From: an uncultured Pseudomonadota bacterium
GTDB taxonomy: Bacteria > Pseudomonadota > Alphaproteobacteria > Rs-D84
Assembly: GCA_900313285.1 (NCBI GenBank)
Contig: OMQP01000001.1
Span: forward strand, 1-40,141
Length of the DNA stretch: 40,141 bases
Direction: 5' to 3'
The notes under the pieces: model-generated
The model's database searches: none
The model's input: the letters and a program-made list of their open reading frames with translations, nothing else
What the model was told of the DNA's origin: nothing
Part shown: piece after piece, positions 25,576 to 35,121 of the stretch
Numbering within the stretch: position 1 is the stretch's first letter
Layout: the number at the start of each line of letters is the position of its first letter
Position numbers and translations under genes: made by a program

Positions 25576-27102
25576 TTATCCCAATTTTTGTTTTAATAAA
25601 TCGCTTACCATTGCAGGGTTGGCCTGGCCGTGTGTCGCCTTCATAACATTACCAACAAAGAATCCAAGTAATCCAACTTTGCCAGATTTATACTGTTCAA
25701 CCTGGGACGGATTATTTTTGATAACTTCATCAACAGCGCTTTCAATCGCTCCAGTGTCGGTAATTTGTTTCATACCATATTTATCGGCAATTTCATGAAT
25801 TGTGCCACGTTCGCCATCCAACATTTTGATAAATATTTCTTTGGCTTGTTTACCGTTGATTTCGTTTGCAGCAATCATATCGACCAATTCAGAAATATTT
25901 TCTGGGGTAATAATACGTGGAGCATCAGGATCTGTATTTTCTTTGATTTCATTTGTGATATCAAAGTTTTCAGGATGTGCAAACAATTCAGAAATCATCC
26001 AATTCGCAATTGGTTTTGCACGTTCTTTTTTACCATCAACAGCAGTATCATACCATTTTGAAATATCTGTTGTTTCTGTTAAGCGATTTGCATCATATTC
26101 TGATAAACAGTATTCGTTGATGTATCTTGCACGTGTTGCAGATGGCAATTCTGGCATTGTTTTACGAATGCGTTCAATTTCTTCATCAGTAATTTCCAAT
26201 TCCAATAAATCTGGATCTGGAAAATAACGATAATCAAGGGCATCTTCTTTGCTGCGCATGACAGTGGTTATTCCTTCATCTGGTAAATAACGCATCGTAT
26301 TGCGTTCAATTATTCCACCGTTTTCAAGTATTTCTATTTGACGTTTTGCTTCGTATTCAATTGCGGCCTTGATAAATTTAAACGAAACCATGTTTTTGAT
26401 TTCACAACGTTCGTTAAAGTATGTTGCACCAACTGGACGAACAGATACGTTTACGTCAGCACGCATAGAGCCTTCTTCCATATTTGCTTTTGAAACACCC
26501 AGTGCACGTGCAATTTCGCGGACTTCACGTAAGTATCTTTCTGCTTCATCAGGGGATGTTATATATGAATTATTTTCATTATTCTTAACATCTATAAAAT
26601 TTACTATTTCTAATAAAGCAACACCAGTACGGTTGTAATCTGCCATAGATTTTGTTGGATGCATATCATGTTTTAATTTGCCGGCATCTTGTTCCAAATG
26701 TGCACGTTCAATTAAAATCTTTTTTGGATTACCGTCATCCCCGATAATTTCAATCCAACCACGTCCAACAACAGGTGGTTCTTCAACAGGTTGTGAAATC
26801 TGATACCCCTGGGGCAGGTCAGGGTAAAAATACTGTTTACGGGCAAATTTAGAATGTTTTGAAATTTCTGCGTTTATTCCTAAACCAAATTTAATTGCTT
26901 GTTCAACACAGTGTTTATTTAAAACTGGCAACATTCCTGGCATTGCAACGTCAACCATGCAAGCCTGGGTGTTTGGGGCAATTGTTGGATTATAGTTTGC
27001 TGATGCGCCGCTGAATAATTTCGAATTAGAAAGAACCTCTATGTGTATTTCTAATGCTATAACTAATTCCCAATCTGTTGTTTTGCCTTTTATCGTAAAC
27101 AT
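25576..27102 (-). CDS. gatB: Asp/Glu-tRNA amidotransferase subunit B
   Basis: 508 aa. WELVIALEIHIEV N-terminus, LEQDAGK motif and a C-terminal YqeY-like tail. Confidence 0.93.
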   Translation of the reverse strand: MFTIKGKTTDWELVIALEIHIEVLSNSKLFSGASANYNPTIAPNTQACMVDVAMPGMLPVLNKHCVEQAIKFGLGINAEISKHSKFARKQYFYPDLPQGYQISQPVEEPPVVGRGWIEIIGDDGNPKKILIERAHLEQDAGKLKHDMHPTKSMADYNRTGVALLEIVNFIDVKNNENNSYITSPDEAERYLREVREIARALGVSKANMEEGSMRADVNVSVRPVGATYFNERCEIKNMVSFKFIKAAIEYEAKRQIEILENGGIIERNTMRYLPDEGITTVMRSKEDALDYRYFPDPDLLELEITDEEIERIRKTMPELPSATRARYINEYCLSEYDANRLTETTDISKWYDTAVDGKKERAKPIANWMISELFAHPENFDITNEIKENTDPDAPRIITPENISELVDMIAANEINGKQAKEIFIKMLDGERGTIHEIADKYGMKQITDTGAIESAVDEVIKNNPSQVEQYKSGKVGLLGFFVGNVMKATHGQANPAMVSDLLKQKLG

Positions 27103-27156
27103 TTTTATTTTTCCTTGCTTTTTGTTTTTTTATACTATATTATGTCCCTCACGGAT

Positions 27157-27232
27157 GGCTAGATAGCTCAGTTGGTAGAGCAAGGGACTGAAAATCCCTG
27201 TGTCAGTAGTTCGATTCTACTTCTAGCCACCA
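27157..27232 (+). tRNA. tRNA-Phe (anticodon GAA), CCA encoded
   Basis: Manual cloverleaf: GGCTAGA/TCTAGCC acceptor stem, AGGGA-CTGAAAA-TCCCT anticodon arm, AGTAG-TTCGATT-CTACT T arm. 76 nt. Confidence 0.9.
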
Positions 27233-27263
27233 TTTTTTTTACCAACTTTTTTTTAATCATTTT

Positions 27264-28733
27264 TTATTCACCCATAACAGACGTTGGACGATTATCTATT
27301 GCTGCAGCGGTTTCTATATGTTTTGCCAATTGCAAAACCTGCATATCTGCAAATCTTGGTCCAACAACTTGCATCCCGAGTGGTAAACCGTTTGTGGCCA
27401 AACCACATGGAACAGAAACCGATGGTATACCAGCCAAATTCATTGCAACTGTGAATAAATCAAGTGCATAGTATTCAAGTGGTGTTAAATCTGAATCCAA
27501 TGGCATTGCTGTTCCGGCAGATGACGGACAAATAATCAAATCACATTGTTCAAATGCAGATTTAAAACTGTCTGCAATCATACGACGAACGCGTGCCGCT
27601 TGCATGAAATATACTTCATAAGATTCACTTGATAATACTGCCGTACCAATAATCATACGACGTTGAACTTCTTCGCCAAAACCGGCAGCGCGTGTCTTTT
27701 TATATGTATCAATTAAATCTTCGCCTTCGACGCGCAGACCATATTTCATACCATCATAACGTGCCAGGTTTGAAGAAGCTTCTGCAGGGGCGATAATATA
27801 ATATGCCGCCAATGCGTCCAAGATATTTGGAATAGATACTTCGACAATTTCGGCACCCATAGATTTCAAATCTGAGATTCGTTTTTCAAACAGATTTTTC
27901 ATGTCGTCCGAAATTTTCACAGAATTAAATTCTTTGATGATACCAACACGTAATTTTTTGCCATCACCCAAAATAGGTTGTAAATTACCATCGCTTTCAA
28001 AGCATGCCTTTGGTGAAGATGTTGAATCTTTTGGATCATGTCCAGCCATTGCTGATAACATCAACGCAGCGTCTTCAACGGTACGTGCAATTGGACCCGG
28101 TGTGTCCAAACTGGATGCAAAAGCAACACACCCCCAACGTGAACATAAACCATATGTTGGTTTCATACCAACCAAACCAGTCATTGCAGATGGAAAACGA
28201 ATTGAACCACCTGTATCTGTTCCAGTTGCCGCAATTGCAAGACCACCGGCAACAGCACTGGTTGAACCACCAGATGAACCACCAGCGGTTAATCTTTTTT
28301 CCATTTGCCATGGATTAACAGGGGCACCAAAGAAAGATGTCTTTGAAAATGTTCCCATTGCAAATTCATCCAGGTTTGCCTTGCCCAATAAAACTGTTCC
28401 GGCATCAATTAATTTTTGTGAAATGGTTGATTCGTATTCTGGAACAAAGTTTTCAAGCATACGCGATGCAGCGGTAGTGCGAATGCCACGTGTTGCAAAT
28501 AAATCTTTCATTGCAATTGGCATACCGTCCAATGGTAATGCAGAGCCATTTGCATAACGTTCGTCAGATTCTGTCGCGTCTTTCAAAGCACGTTCAGGTG
28601 TTGTTGTAATATAACAATTTAAATCTTTGCCAAATTTTTCAATACGGTCAAGATATGCACGTGTTAATTCTGTTACAGAAATTTCACGTGATTTCAATTT
28701 TTGTAAAGCTTCTTTAATTGTTAAATTTATCAT
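27264..28733 (-). CDS. gatA: Glu-tRNA(Gln) amidotransferase subunit A
   Basis: 489 aa. The amidase signature is GGSSGGSTSAVAGG..TDTGGSIRFP. Confidence 0.93.
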   Translation of the reverse strand: MINLTIKEALQKLKSREISVTELTRAYLDRIEKFGKDLNCYITTTPERALKDATESDERYANGSALPLDGMPIAMKDLFATRGIRTTAASRMLENFVPEYESTISQKLIDAGTVLLGKANLDEFAMGTFSKTSFFGAPVNPWQMEKRLTAGGSSGGSTSAVAGGLAIAATGTDTGGSIRFPSAMTGLVGMKPTYGLCSRWGCVAFASSLDTPGPIARTVEDAALMLSAMAGHDPKDSTSSPKACFESDGNLQPILGDGKKLRVGIIKEFNSVKISDDMKNLFEKRISDLKSMGAEIVEVSIPNILDALAAYYIIAPAEASSNLARYDGMKYGLRVEGEDLIDTYKKTRAAGFGEEVQRRMIIGTAVLSSESYEVYFMQAARVRRMIADSFKSAFEQCDLIICPSSAGTAMPLDSDLTPLEYYALDLFTVAMNLAGIPSVSVPCGLATNGLPLGMQVVGPRFADMQVLQLAKHIETAAAIDNRPTSVMGE

Positions 28734-28748
28734 ATCTTCAACCTTTCT

Positions 28749-29042
28749 TTATTCATCCATAACTTTTGGTACCGCAAAATAACCACGTGATGCACCAGTG
28801 GTATCTGGATCGTTAGCCAATATTTTATCGCGCATATTTGGTTCGGTTACAACGTCTTCTCGCAATGGTAATTTATGTTCGGCCGGACTTAACATAGGTG
28901 ATACACCGGTTGTGTCAATCTTTTGTAATTTGTCCAACCATTCAATAACACCGTCAATGTTCATTTTTTCCAATTTTTCATCAGATATTTCAATTCTGAT
29001 TAAATCTGCGAATTTTTGTAATTGTTGCTTGCTAAATGCCAT
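28749..29042 (-). CDS. gatC: Asp/Glu-tRNA amidotransferase subunit C
   Basis: 97 aa, upstream of gatA. Typical LAxLxRIEISDEE-like N-terminus. Confidence 0.85.
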   Translation of the reverse strand: MAFSKQQLQKFADLIRIEISDEKLEKMNIDGVIEWLDKLQKIDTTGVSPMLSPAEHKLPLREDVVTEPNMRDKILANDPDTTGASRGYFAVPKVMDE

Positions 29043-29080
29043 TTTGAATCCTATTATTTAAAAACATAAAGGATTATACA

Positions 29081-29527
29081 ATGATTTTATCTGATTACAA
29101 GGATTTTCCGCGCGCTGGGCGAATTTTAGGTCTTGATTGGGGATTGCGTCGTTGTGGGGTTGCAGTGTCAGATGAAAATCGTGGTTTTACTTTTGCTAGA
29201 CCCCAACTTTATATCAAATCTCAAGATGATTTAATTCAAAATGTCTTAGAGATTATAAACGAAGATAAAATATCTGGGATTGTGGTTGGATTGCCACTTC
29301 ATGCGGACGGAACAGATTCAGAAACAACAATGATGGTTCGTGAATTTGTTAAATCTTTGTCAGAAAAAACGTCATTACCAATAATCTTTATTGAAGAAAA
29401 CCTGACCAGCAGTGCCGCCCAGGAAGAAATAGGGCGCAAAAGCATACAAAAAATCAAGGCAGAATTAGATTCTGTATCAGCCAAGATTATTCTTGAAAAT
29501 GCGATTGCTGTCTTAAAGCGTATTTAA
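29081..29527 (+). CDS. ruvX: pre-16S rRNA nuclease / Holliday junction resolvase-like YqgF (RuvX)
   Basis: ILGLDWGLRRCGVAVSD N-terminus. GIVVGLPLHADGTDSE motif. Confidence 0.85.
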   Translation: MILSDYKDFPRAGRILGLDWGLRRCGVAVSDENRGFTFARPQLYIKSQDDLIQNVLEIINEDKISGIVVGLPLHADGTDSETTMMVREFVKSLSEKTSLPIIFIEENLTSSAAQEEIGRKSIQKIKAELDSVSAKIILENAIAVLKRI

Positions 29528-30570
29528 TCACTTTGTGTTTCGTCCGGAATTTTACCATCTGTTGACAGCAATGTCGCAATCCAACGCGTAGATTCAAATT
29601 GCGCGGTGGTGATGTAAACTGCTGCCAATATAGGAACACTGAAAAACATTCCTGCTGCACCCCAGATCATTCCCCAGAAAACCAAATTGATTAATATAGC
29701 CAATGTTGAAATATTTAACGTTTTCCCGGTTAATTTTGGGTCAATGATATTTCCAAACACAACTTCAATACTAATCAAAGAAATTGCTGTGAATAAAGAT
29801 AAATGCCACGTGTCACCACTTATCAAAGCATATGTAATGGGCAGGGCGCATGCAAGAATAGAACCAATCGTCGGAATGTAATTAAGAATAAAGATAATAA
29901 ACGCCCACACGCTTGCATATTCAAGACCGATGATACTTAATAATATGTATGCACTTAATCCTGTCGCAGCAGAAATAAACGTTTTTGTGAATAAATATTT
30001 TTTCATATTTTCGTCAATGCTGTTTAAAATGTAACGTAATTTTTTAGATTTTGGTTTCGATAACGGCATTGCATCTATTTTTTTGTTAAACGAACTTTGT
30101 TCAATAAACATGAATATTAAATAAATCAAAACCATACCTGTAGATGTTGCAAGTCCCGCCAATGATGATCCAATATATCCGGCGATTTGCGGCAAACTTG
30201 GTATTGAATCAATGTCTATATCAAAACCTATTTTGTCGGACAAGAAATTGCTAAATGCTAACAGTTTGTTCTGTAAAACAGGTGTTGCATGATAAAGTTC
30301 TATTAACATTGGTTTTATTTGTGTCGCGAATAAATATATGACGAAACCAACCGTTAAAAAAGCAAGTAATATTGATAAAAAGGTGTACATGCGTCCAGGT
30401 ATTCTGCAGACACCAGAATATGTTTTATAACATGGCATTATTTTGCGATAATATGCAGCTATAGCATTCAATAAATACCATAAAAAGGTTGCAAACAATA
30501 GTGGAATAAATATTGAACGTCCAATCCATAAACAAAATATCAGTGCAATAAAGAATACCAGGTTATGCAT
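29524..30570 (-). CDS. AI-2E family transporter (PerM/YhhT-like)
   Basis: 348 aa polytopic membrane protein. The C-terminal motif is LINLVFWGMIWGAAGMFFSVPI. Confidence 0.7.
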   Translation of the reverse strand: MHNLVFFIALIFCLWIGRSIFIPLLFATFLWYLLNAIAAYYRKIMPCYKTYSGVCRIPGRMYTFLSILLAFLTVGFVIYLFATQIKPMLIELYHATPVLQNKLLAFSNFLSDKIGFDIDIDSIPSLPQIAGYIGSSLAGLATSTGMVLIYLIFMFIEQSSFNKKIDAMPLSKPKSKKLRYILNSIDENMKKYLFTKTFISAATGLSAYILLSIIGLEYASVWAFIIFILNYIPTIGSILACALPITYALISGDTWHLSLFTAISLISIEVVFGNIIDPKLTGKTLNISTLAILINLVFWGMIWGAAGMFFSVPILAAVYITTAQFESTRWIATLLSTDGKIPDETQSD

Positions 30571-30588
30571 ATTTAACCCCTTTGGTTG

Positions 30589-31434
30589 TTAAATTAACAG
30601 TGACAAAACTGCCATAATAATTGCAATGTTTATACCAACAGCGGTTAATGCGTATCCGTTGTTAATATTTTTTACAAAATCAGATTTATGTTTTATGTAC
30701 CATAATGTGTAAATAACAAGCAAAGACAAAGTTAACAGCATTGTTGAAACACCAGCAAAACTTGTTTTGAATAACAGTATCAACAAAAATACTAATAAAG
30801 TGTTATTAAAATCATTTAATATCCATTTGTTTAATTTTGAATACCAAGCGGATTTTATTTGTAAATTTGATTTGTTTGATTTTTCAGCAAGTAAATATCC
30901 TGGTGTCCACAACATAAAGAAGGCAAAAGGCATGGATAAAATAATCTTCCATGTGGATATACCCATTTCACGACAGCGTTTGTATTTCGCATAAATACCA
31001 GATATTGCAATACCAGATAAATATAAACCTGAAAAAATAAGAGCTGTCATTCCAGTTATGACTATAGCCGGATGCGTTGCGTATAACCATAATGCCTGTG
31101 TTTGTGCGTCAGGGCCATGTGGCACAAATAGAATAAGTAAAGAAAATATTATAGATATAAAGGCTCCACCGTTTACTATGGCAACAAAATCATTCCTGTA
31201 CATTTTATCATGTGGTAATTTTTTTATCGTGTAATAGACAGAAAAAATGAAAGATAAAATAAACATAATTGCCAAAGGTGCAGAAGATTCAATTGGCACG
31301 AACATGGATATTATTGAATGAATAACACTGAATATCAAACCCAATCCAACAAATATAAAAGTAAATAAAATTGGTTTGTTAAAAAGCCATTGTTTTAATT
31401 GATTGTTTTTCATTTTCTTTTCCTTTTTCTTCAT
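30589..31434 (-). CDS. polytopic membrane protein of unknown function
   Basis: 281 aa with about 8 hydrophobic helices. It starts immediately (0-nt gap) after the sufC stop. Confidence 0.6.
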   Translation of the reverse strand: MKKKEKKMKNNQLKQWLFNKPILFTFIFVGLGLIFSVIHSIISMFVPIESSAPLAIMFILSFIFSVYYTIKKLPHDKMYRNDFVAIVNGGAFISIIFSLLILFVPHGPDAQTQALWLYATHPAIVITGMTALIFSGLYLSGIAISGIYAKYKRCREMGISTWKIILSMPFAFFMLWTPGYLLAEKSNKSNLQIKSAWYSKLNKWILNDFNNTLLVFLLILLFKTSFAGVSTMLLTLSLLVIYTLWYIKHKSDFVKNINNGYALTAVGINIAIIMAVLSLLI

Positions 31435-32112
31435 CTATTTTACCACAATTTCGCCATTATCTAAAGTGGTTGTTTGTGTTATGTTAATATTGTTAGCAAA
31501 ACCATCCTGGTGAGAAACAAATAAAAATGTTGTCTTTTTCATTTCGTTTATTGTTTCTATGATTTGTTTTTGGACATCTTTATCAGCGCCAGAATCTGGT
31601 TCATCTAACATTGCAAATTTTGGTTGTGTTAAAACAAGTCGCAATAACATTATGCGTTTTCGTTCCCCACCAGAAAAACCAACGTTTACATAACGGTTTA
31701 ACCAATCTTTAGGTATATTTAATTGTTCGCGTGCAGATTCTAATTTTTCAAGAAATTCACCCATAGATAAATCTTTGCCGGTTTCAAAATGTTTATGTGC
31801 AATCATAGAATGTTTTAAAAAACTTAATACGGTAAGTCCAGGAATTTCAGGAACATTTTGTCCGCCTAAGAACATTCCTAATAATGCACGCGTTGTTGCA
31901 GTTTCAGTTGTGATATCTTTGCCATCTAATATAATTTTACCAGAATCTATATTATAATTTTTATCGCCGGCGATAGTGTTTATCAAAGTTGATTTTCCAG
32001 AACCGTTATGACCAATCAATCTGTGACGTGCGCCATCTTTTATTACCATATTAATATTTTTTAATAATGGTTTGTCGTCTAAAGATACACAAAGATTTTT
32101 TATTTCAAGCAT
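31435..32112 (-). CDS. sufC: Fe-S cluster assembly ATPase SufC
   Basis: Walker A GHNGSGKST, ABC signature FSGGERKR, Walker B MLDEPDSG. Confidence 0.9.
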   Translation of the reverse strand: MLEIKNLCVSLDDKPLLKNINMVIKDGARHRLIGHNGSGKSTLINTIAGDKNYNIDSGKIILDGKDITTETATTRALLGMFLGGQNVPEIPGLTVLSFLKHSMIAHKHFETGKDLSMGEFLEKLESAREQLNIPKDWLNRYVNVGFSGGERKRIMLLRLVLTQPKFAMLDEPDSGADKDVQKQIIETINEMKKTTFLFVSHQDGFANNINITQTTTLDNGEIVVK

Positions 32113-32116
32113 GTTT

Positions 32117-33457
32117 TTATTCTTTTGTTAAAGCCATTTGTATTAATTGTTTTGATTCTACCAAGAATTCCATTGGTAATCTAGATATTATTGGTGTTGC
32201 CATAGAACCAATGACAAGTGCAATCGCTTCGTCTTCATTTAATCCGCTTTGTTCAAGAAAAAGCAGGGCGTTTGCATCAATAGCGCCAGTTGTCGCTTCG
32301 TGAGATTGTTGGTTTAATCCGTTTGAATGAACAACAGTTGGAATTGTGTTTGCTGTGGCATTATTGCCGATTATACGACTGTCGCATTTTGAAGCGTTTT
32401 TTCCACCTTTGCCAGAAAAGGAAACCAGTGATCTGAAAGTTTGTTTTGAATAATCCGTTGCAACACCATATGAAACAATATTAGATATTGTGTTATCCCC
32501 AATATGAATCATCTTTGTTCCAGTATCTGCCTGTTGAACACCGCGTGTTATAGAAAGTGAATAAAAATCGCTGTGCGAATTTTTGCCATATAAAATCGTT
32601 GATGGATATTTCCATGTCATGCTTGATCCAATTTCAATTTGTGTCCAATCAAGAGACGCATTATCAAAACATTTTCCACGTTTTGTGACAAAGTTTAAAA
32701 TACCGTTTTTTGATTGTTTTGATTTGTTGTATACGGCAGAATCTCCGGCGTACCAGTTTTGTACAGTTGAATATTTTACATATGCATTTTTCTTTACAAC
32801 TATTTCAACAACACCACTGTGCAATTGGTGGTTTGGACGGCGTGGTGCACTGCAACCTTCCATGTATGACAAAGTAGAACCTTCGTCTGCTATTATGAGC
32901 GTTCTCTCGAATTGTCCTATCTTTGCAGTTTCGATACGAAAATAACTTGCCAAATCTATTGGGCATTTTGTGTTTTTTGGAATATAAACAAATGTCCCGT
33001 CAGAAAAGACAGCTGCATTAAGTGCTGCAAAAAAGTTGTCATTATGTGGTACAACACTGCCAAGATATTCTTTGACTAATTTTGGATATTTAATAACTGC
33101 TTCTGACAATGGTAAGAAAATAATTCCCAGTTTATTTAATTCATCGGTGTATGAAGTATGTACAGATTTACTGTCAATGACAGTATCCGTCGCCATGCCA
33201 AGCAGGGCACGTTGTTCGGATTCTGGCAATCCCATTTTTTCGTATGTTTTTTTTAATTTTGAATTATCTATCTTTTTGGGTTCGTTGTAATAATTCAAAG
33301 AATCATAATCAATTGGTTCATAATCTATTTCTGCCCAATGTGGTTCTTTCATCTCTTTCCATTTTTTAAACGCGTCAAGTCGCCATTTCAACAACCATTC
33401 TGGTTCGTTGCGCAGAGATGAAATTTTTTTAATAAGTTTTTCGTTTAATCTTTTCAT
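32117..33457 (-). CDS. sufB: Fe-S cluster assembly scaffold SufB
   Basis: 446 aa. N-terminus EPEWLLKWRLDAFKKW and a beta-helix core. The gene lies directly upstream of sufC. Confidence 0.88.
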   Translation of the reverse strand: MKRLNEKLIKKISSLRNEPEWLLKWRLDAFKKWKEMKEPHWAEIDYEPIDYDSLNYYNEPKKIDNSKLKKTYEKMGLPESEQRALLGMATDTVIDSKSVHTSYTDELNKLGIIFLPLSEAVIKYPKLVKEYLGSVVPHNDNFFAALNAAVFSDGTFVYIPKNTKCPIDLASYFRIETAKIGQFERTLIIADEGSTLSYMEGCSAPRRPNHQLHSGVVEIVVKKNAYVKYSTVQNWYAGDSAVYNKSKQSKNGILNFVTKRGKCFDNASLDWTQIEIGSSMTWKYPSTILYGKNSHSDFYSLSITRGVQQADTGTKMIHIGDNTISNIVSYGVATDYSKQTFRSLVSFSGKGGKNASKCDSRIIGNNATANTIPTVVHSNGLNQQSHEATTGAIDANALLFLEQSGLNEDEAIALVIGSMATPIISRLPMEFLVESKQLIQMALTKE

Positions 33458-33996
33458 TTATCTGTATTTGCTAACGCTTGGGCTTGAGCAAAAAATGTTA
33501 ATGATTGCCCAAGAAGTCCATCTGTAAATGTTGTTGATAAAATACCATCTGTATCTGTTGCGGACATGTGTTGCAAAAATAAATTTGCACGGTTTAAATA
33601 ATGTCCAACATTGTGCGATATATTAGAATCTAATTTAATCGCGCGACGCAATTTTTCAAGGACAAAAGGATTTTTAGCGTATTCGTCCATGATGCCCCCA
33701 AGTGCACGCCAAAGAGGATGTTCGGATGTTGTCCGTGGCATTACGTCAATAGCCGCCATAATTGGAATGAGATCTTGTAATAAATCTTGATAGATAATTT
33801 CAGCTTTATCTGTGGTTTCATTAACAGAAAATTTATTTTTTAATACTGTTTGAATTTTGACCATCAAATTGTATTGGTATGTCAAAGTTTTGGTTATATT
33901 TTTGATATCTCTGTTGGTTGAAAAAAACAAAAATATAGAACAAATACTGCATAAAACACATATTGCAACCAGAATCAAAATTAAAGTATTTCCCAT
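33454..33996 (-). CDS. single-TM protein of unknown function, translationally coupled to sufB
   Basis: 180 aa. Strong SD aaggtgg. TM helix LILILVAICVLCSICSIFLFF. ATGA overlap with sufB. Confidence 0.6.
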   Translation of the reverse strand: MGNTLILILVAICVLCSICSIFLFFSTNRDIKNITKTLTYQYNLMVKIQTVLKNKFSVNETTDKAEIIYQDLLQDLIPIMAAIDVMPRTTSEHPLWRALGGIMDEYAKNPFVLEKLRRAIKLDSNISHNVGHYLNRANLFLQHMSATDTDGILSTTFTDGLLGQSLTFFAQAQALANTDK

Positions 33997-34103
33997 TTTT
34001 CCACCTTAAAGTTCGTTTTTTCAAGTTTCAGTATATCATGTTTTACCGATTCGTGCGATTTTTTATCGTATAAAATTTTTTGTGAATTTTGTGTTTTTAG
34101 CTC

Positions 34104-34132
34104 TTGCACAGATTCGGTCAAATTGGTATAAT
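34104..34132 (+). promoter_or_regulatory. strong promoter-like site TTGCAC-17-(TGg)TATAAT upstream of the pilL-like gene
   Basis: -35 at 34104-34109 and an extended -10 at 34124-34132. Confidence 0.5.
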
Positions 34133-34164
34133 CATATATAATAATTAAAAGGAAAGGAAAAAAT

Positions 34165-35088
34165 ATGTTCCAAAAAACATGTGTTTTTGCAGTGATTGCT
34201 GGTTTGTTAAGTGCCGCGTGTGCCGCAGACGATGGCGTGCAACAGATTGTTACTTCTGAAGTTTTCTATGATGCTGGTCAAACAGTTGAAGAAGTGGCCG
34301 AAGAACCAGAACAATTTGTTCAATCAGAAGAAGTTGTTTACGAAGAAGTAGAAGCCCAAGATTATGTCGCAGGGGAAGTTGATTCTGATGTTCCAACATG
34401 GCCATTGGCGGGATCCGAAGCGGATGTTGAAATTGCATGCGCTGGACGTGAATGTGCTGAAAATAAAATTGTTACCAAAGTTGGTTCTGGATTGGTAATT
34501 GAAAACAATATCAATACCAAGGGCACAGGTTGGACGGGGGGTCCAAACATTATGAATGGTACACAAATTCCTGCAGGATTTGATTATGAATGTGCAAATA
34601 ATGCCGAAATGCCTTTGATGCGTCGTGAAATGATGGAAGATGATGGTGGCAGTGTTTTGGCAATGTCACGCAGCGGACATAAAAATTGCAATAAACAGGC
34701 AGATTCATATGCTGTGTTTGCACAACGTGCAGGGTTTAATCCTGAAAAAACATGCAATAAATCCTCTGGTAATGACAGTGAAATTTCTGTAAATGAATAT
34801 GTTGATGAAGAAGCACCTGCACCAGTTCAAGATCAGGTTCGTTCATGGGTTGTTGCAAATGGTCAAACATTACGTGAAGTTTTACAAAGCTGGTGCGATA
34901 AAGAAGGTTGGGATTTGGTTTGGACAACATCTCGTGAATATCCAATCGAGGCAAGCGCTGTATTCAAAGGACGTTTTGTAGACGTCGCATCTGCGTTGGT
35001 TCGTAATTTTGAACGTGCAACACCGATTCCATATGCAAAGTTTTACAAAGGTAATCGTGTGTTGGTAATTTCGACCACAGAAGAATAA
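34165..35088 (+). CDS. PilL/TcpQ-like protein (type IVb pilus secretin-associated)
   Basis: Signal peptide, possibly a lipoprotein (LLSAAC). Acidic linker. The C-terminal SWVVANGQTLREVLQSWCDKEGWDLVWTTSREYPIEASAVFKGRFVDVASALVRNF matches the TcpQ/PilL C-terminal domain as I remember it. Confidence 0.6.
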   Translation: MFQKTCVFAVIAGLLSAACAADDGVQQIVTSEVFYDAGQTVEEVAEEPEQFVQSEEVVYEEVEAQDYVAGEVDSDVPTWPLAGSEADVEIACAGRECAENKIVTKVGSGLVIENNINTKGTGWTGGPNIMNGTQIPAGFDYECANNAEMPLMRREMMEDDGGSVLAMSRSGHKNCNKQADSYAVFAQRAGFNPEKTCNKSSGNDSEISVNEYVDEEAPAPVQDQVRSWVVANGQTLREVLQSWCDKEGWDLVWTTSREYPIEASAVFKGRFVDVASALVRNFERATPIPYAKFYKGNRVLVISTTEE

Positions 35089-35121
35089 AATATACCCGAC
35101 AAAGGACGGTAGGAGAAAAAC

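Noticed and set aside
27172-27471. 99-aa plus-strand ORF
   Set aside because: It starts inside tRNA-Phe and continues antisense to the gatA 3' end. It has no SD and no recognisable protein features.
27901-28557. 218-aa plus-strand ORF inside gatA
   Set aside because: It is an antisense shadow of gatA, whose amidase signature is unambiguous on the minus strand.
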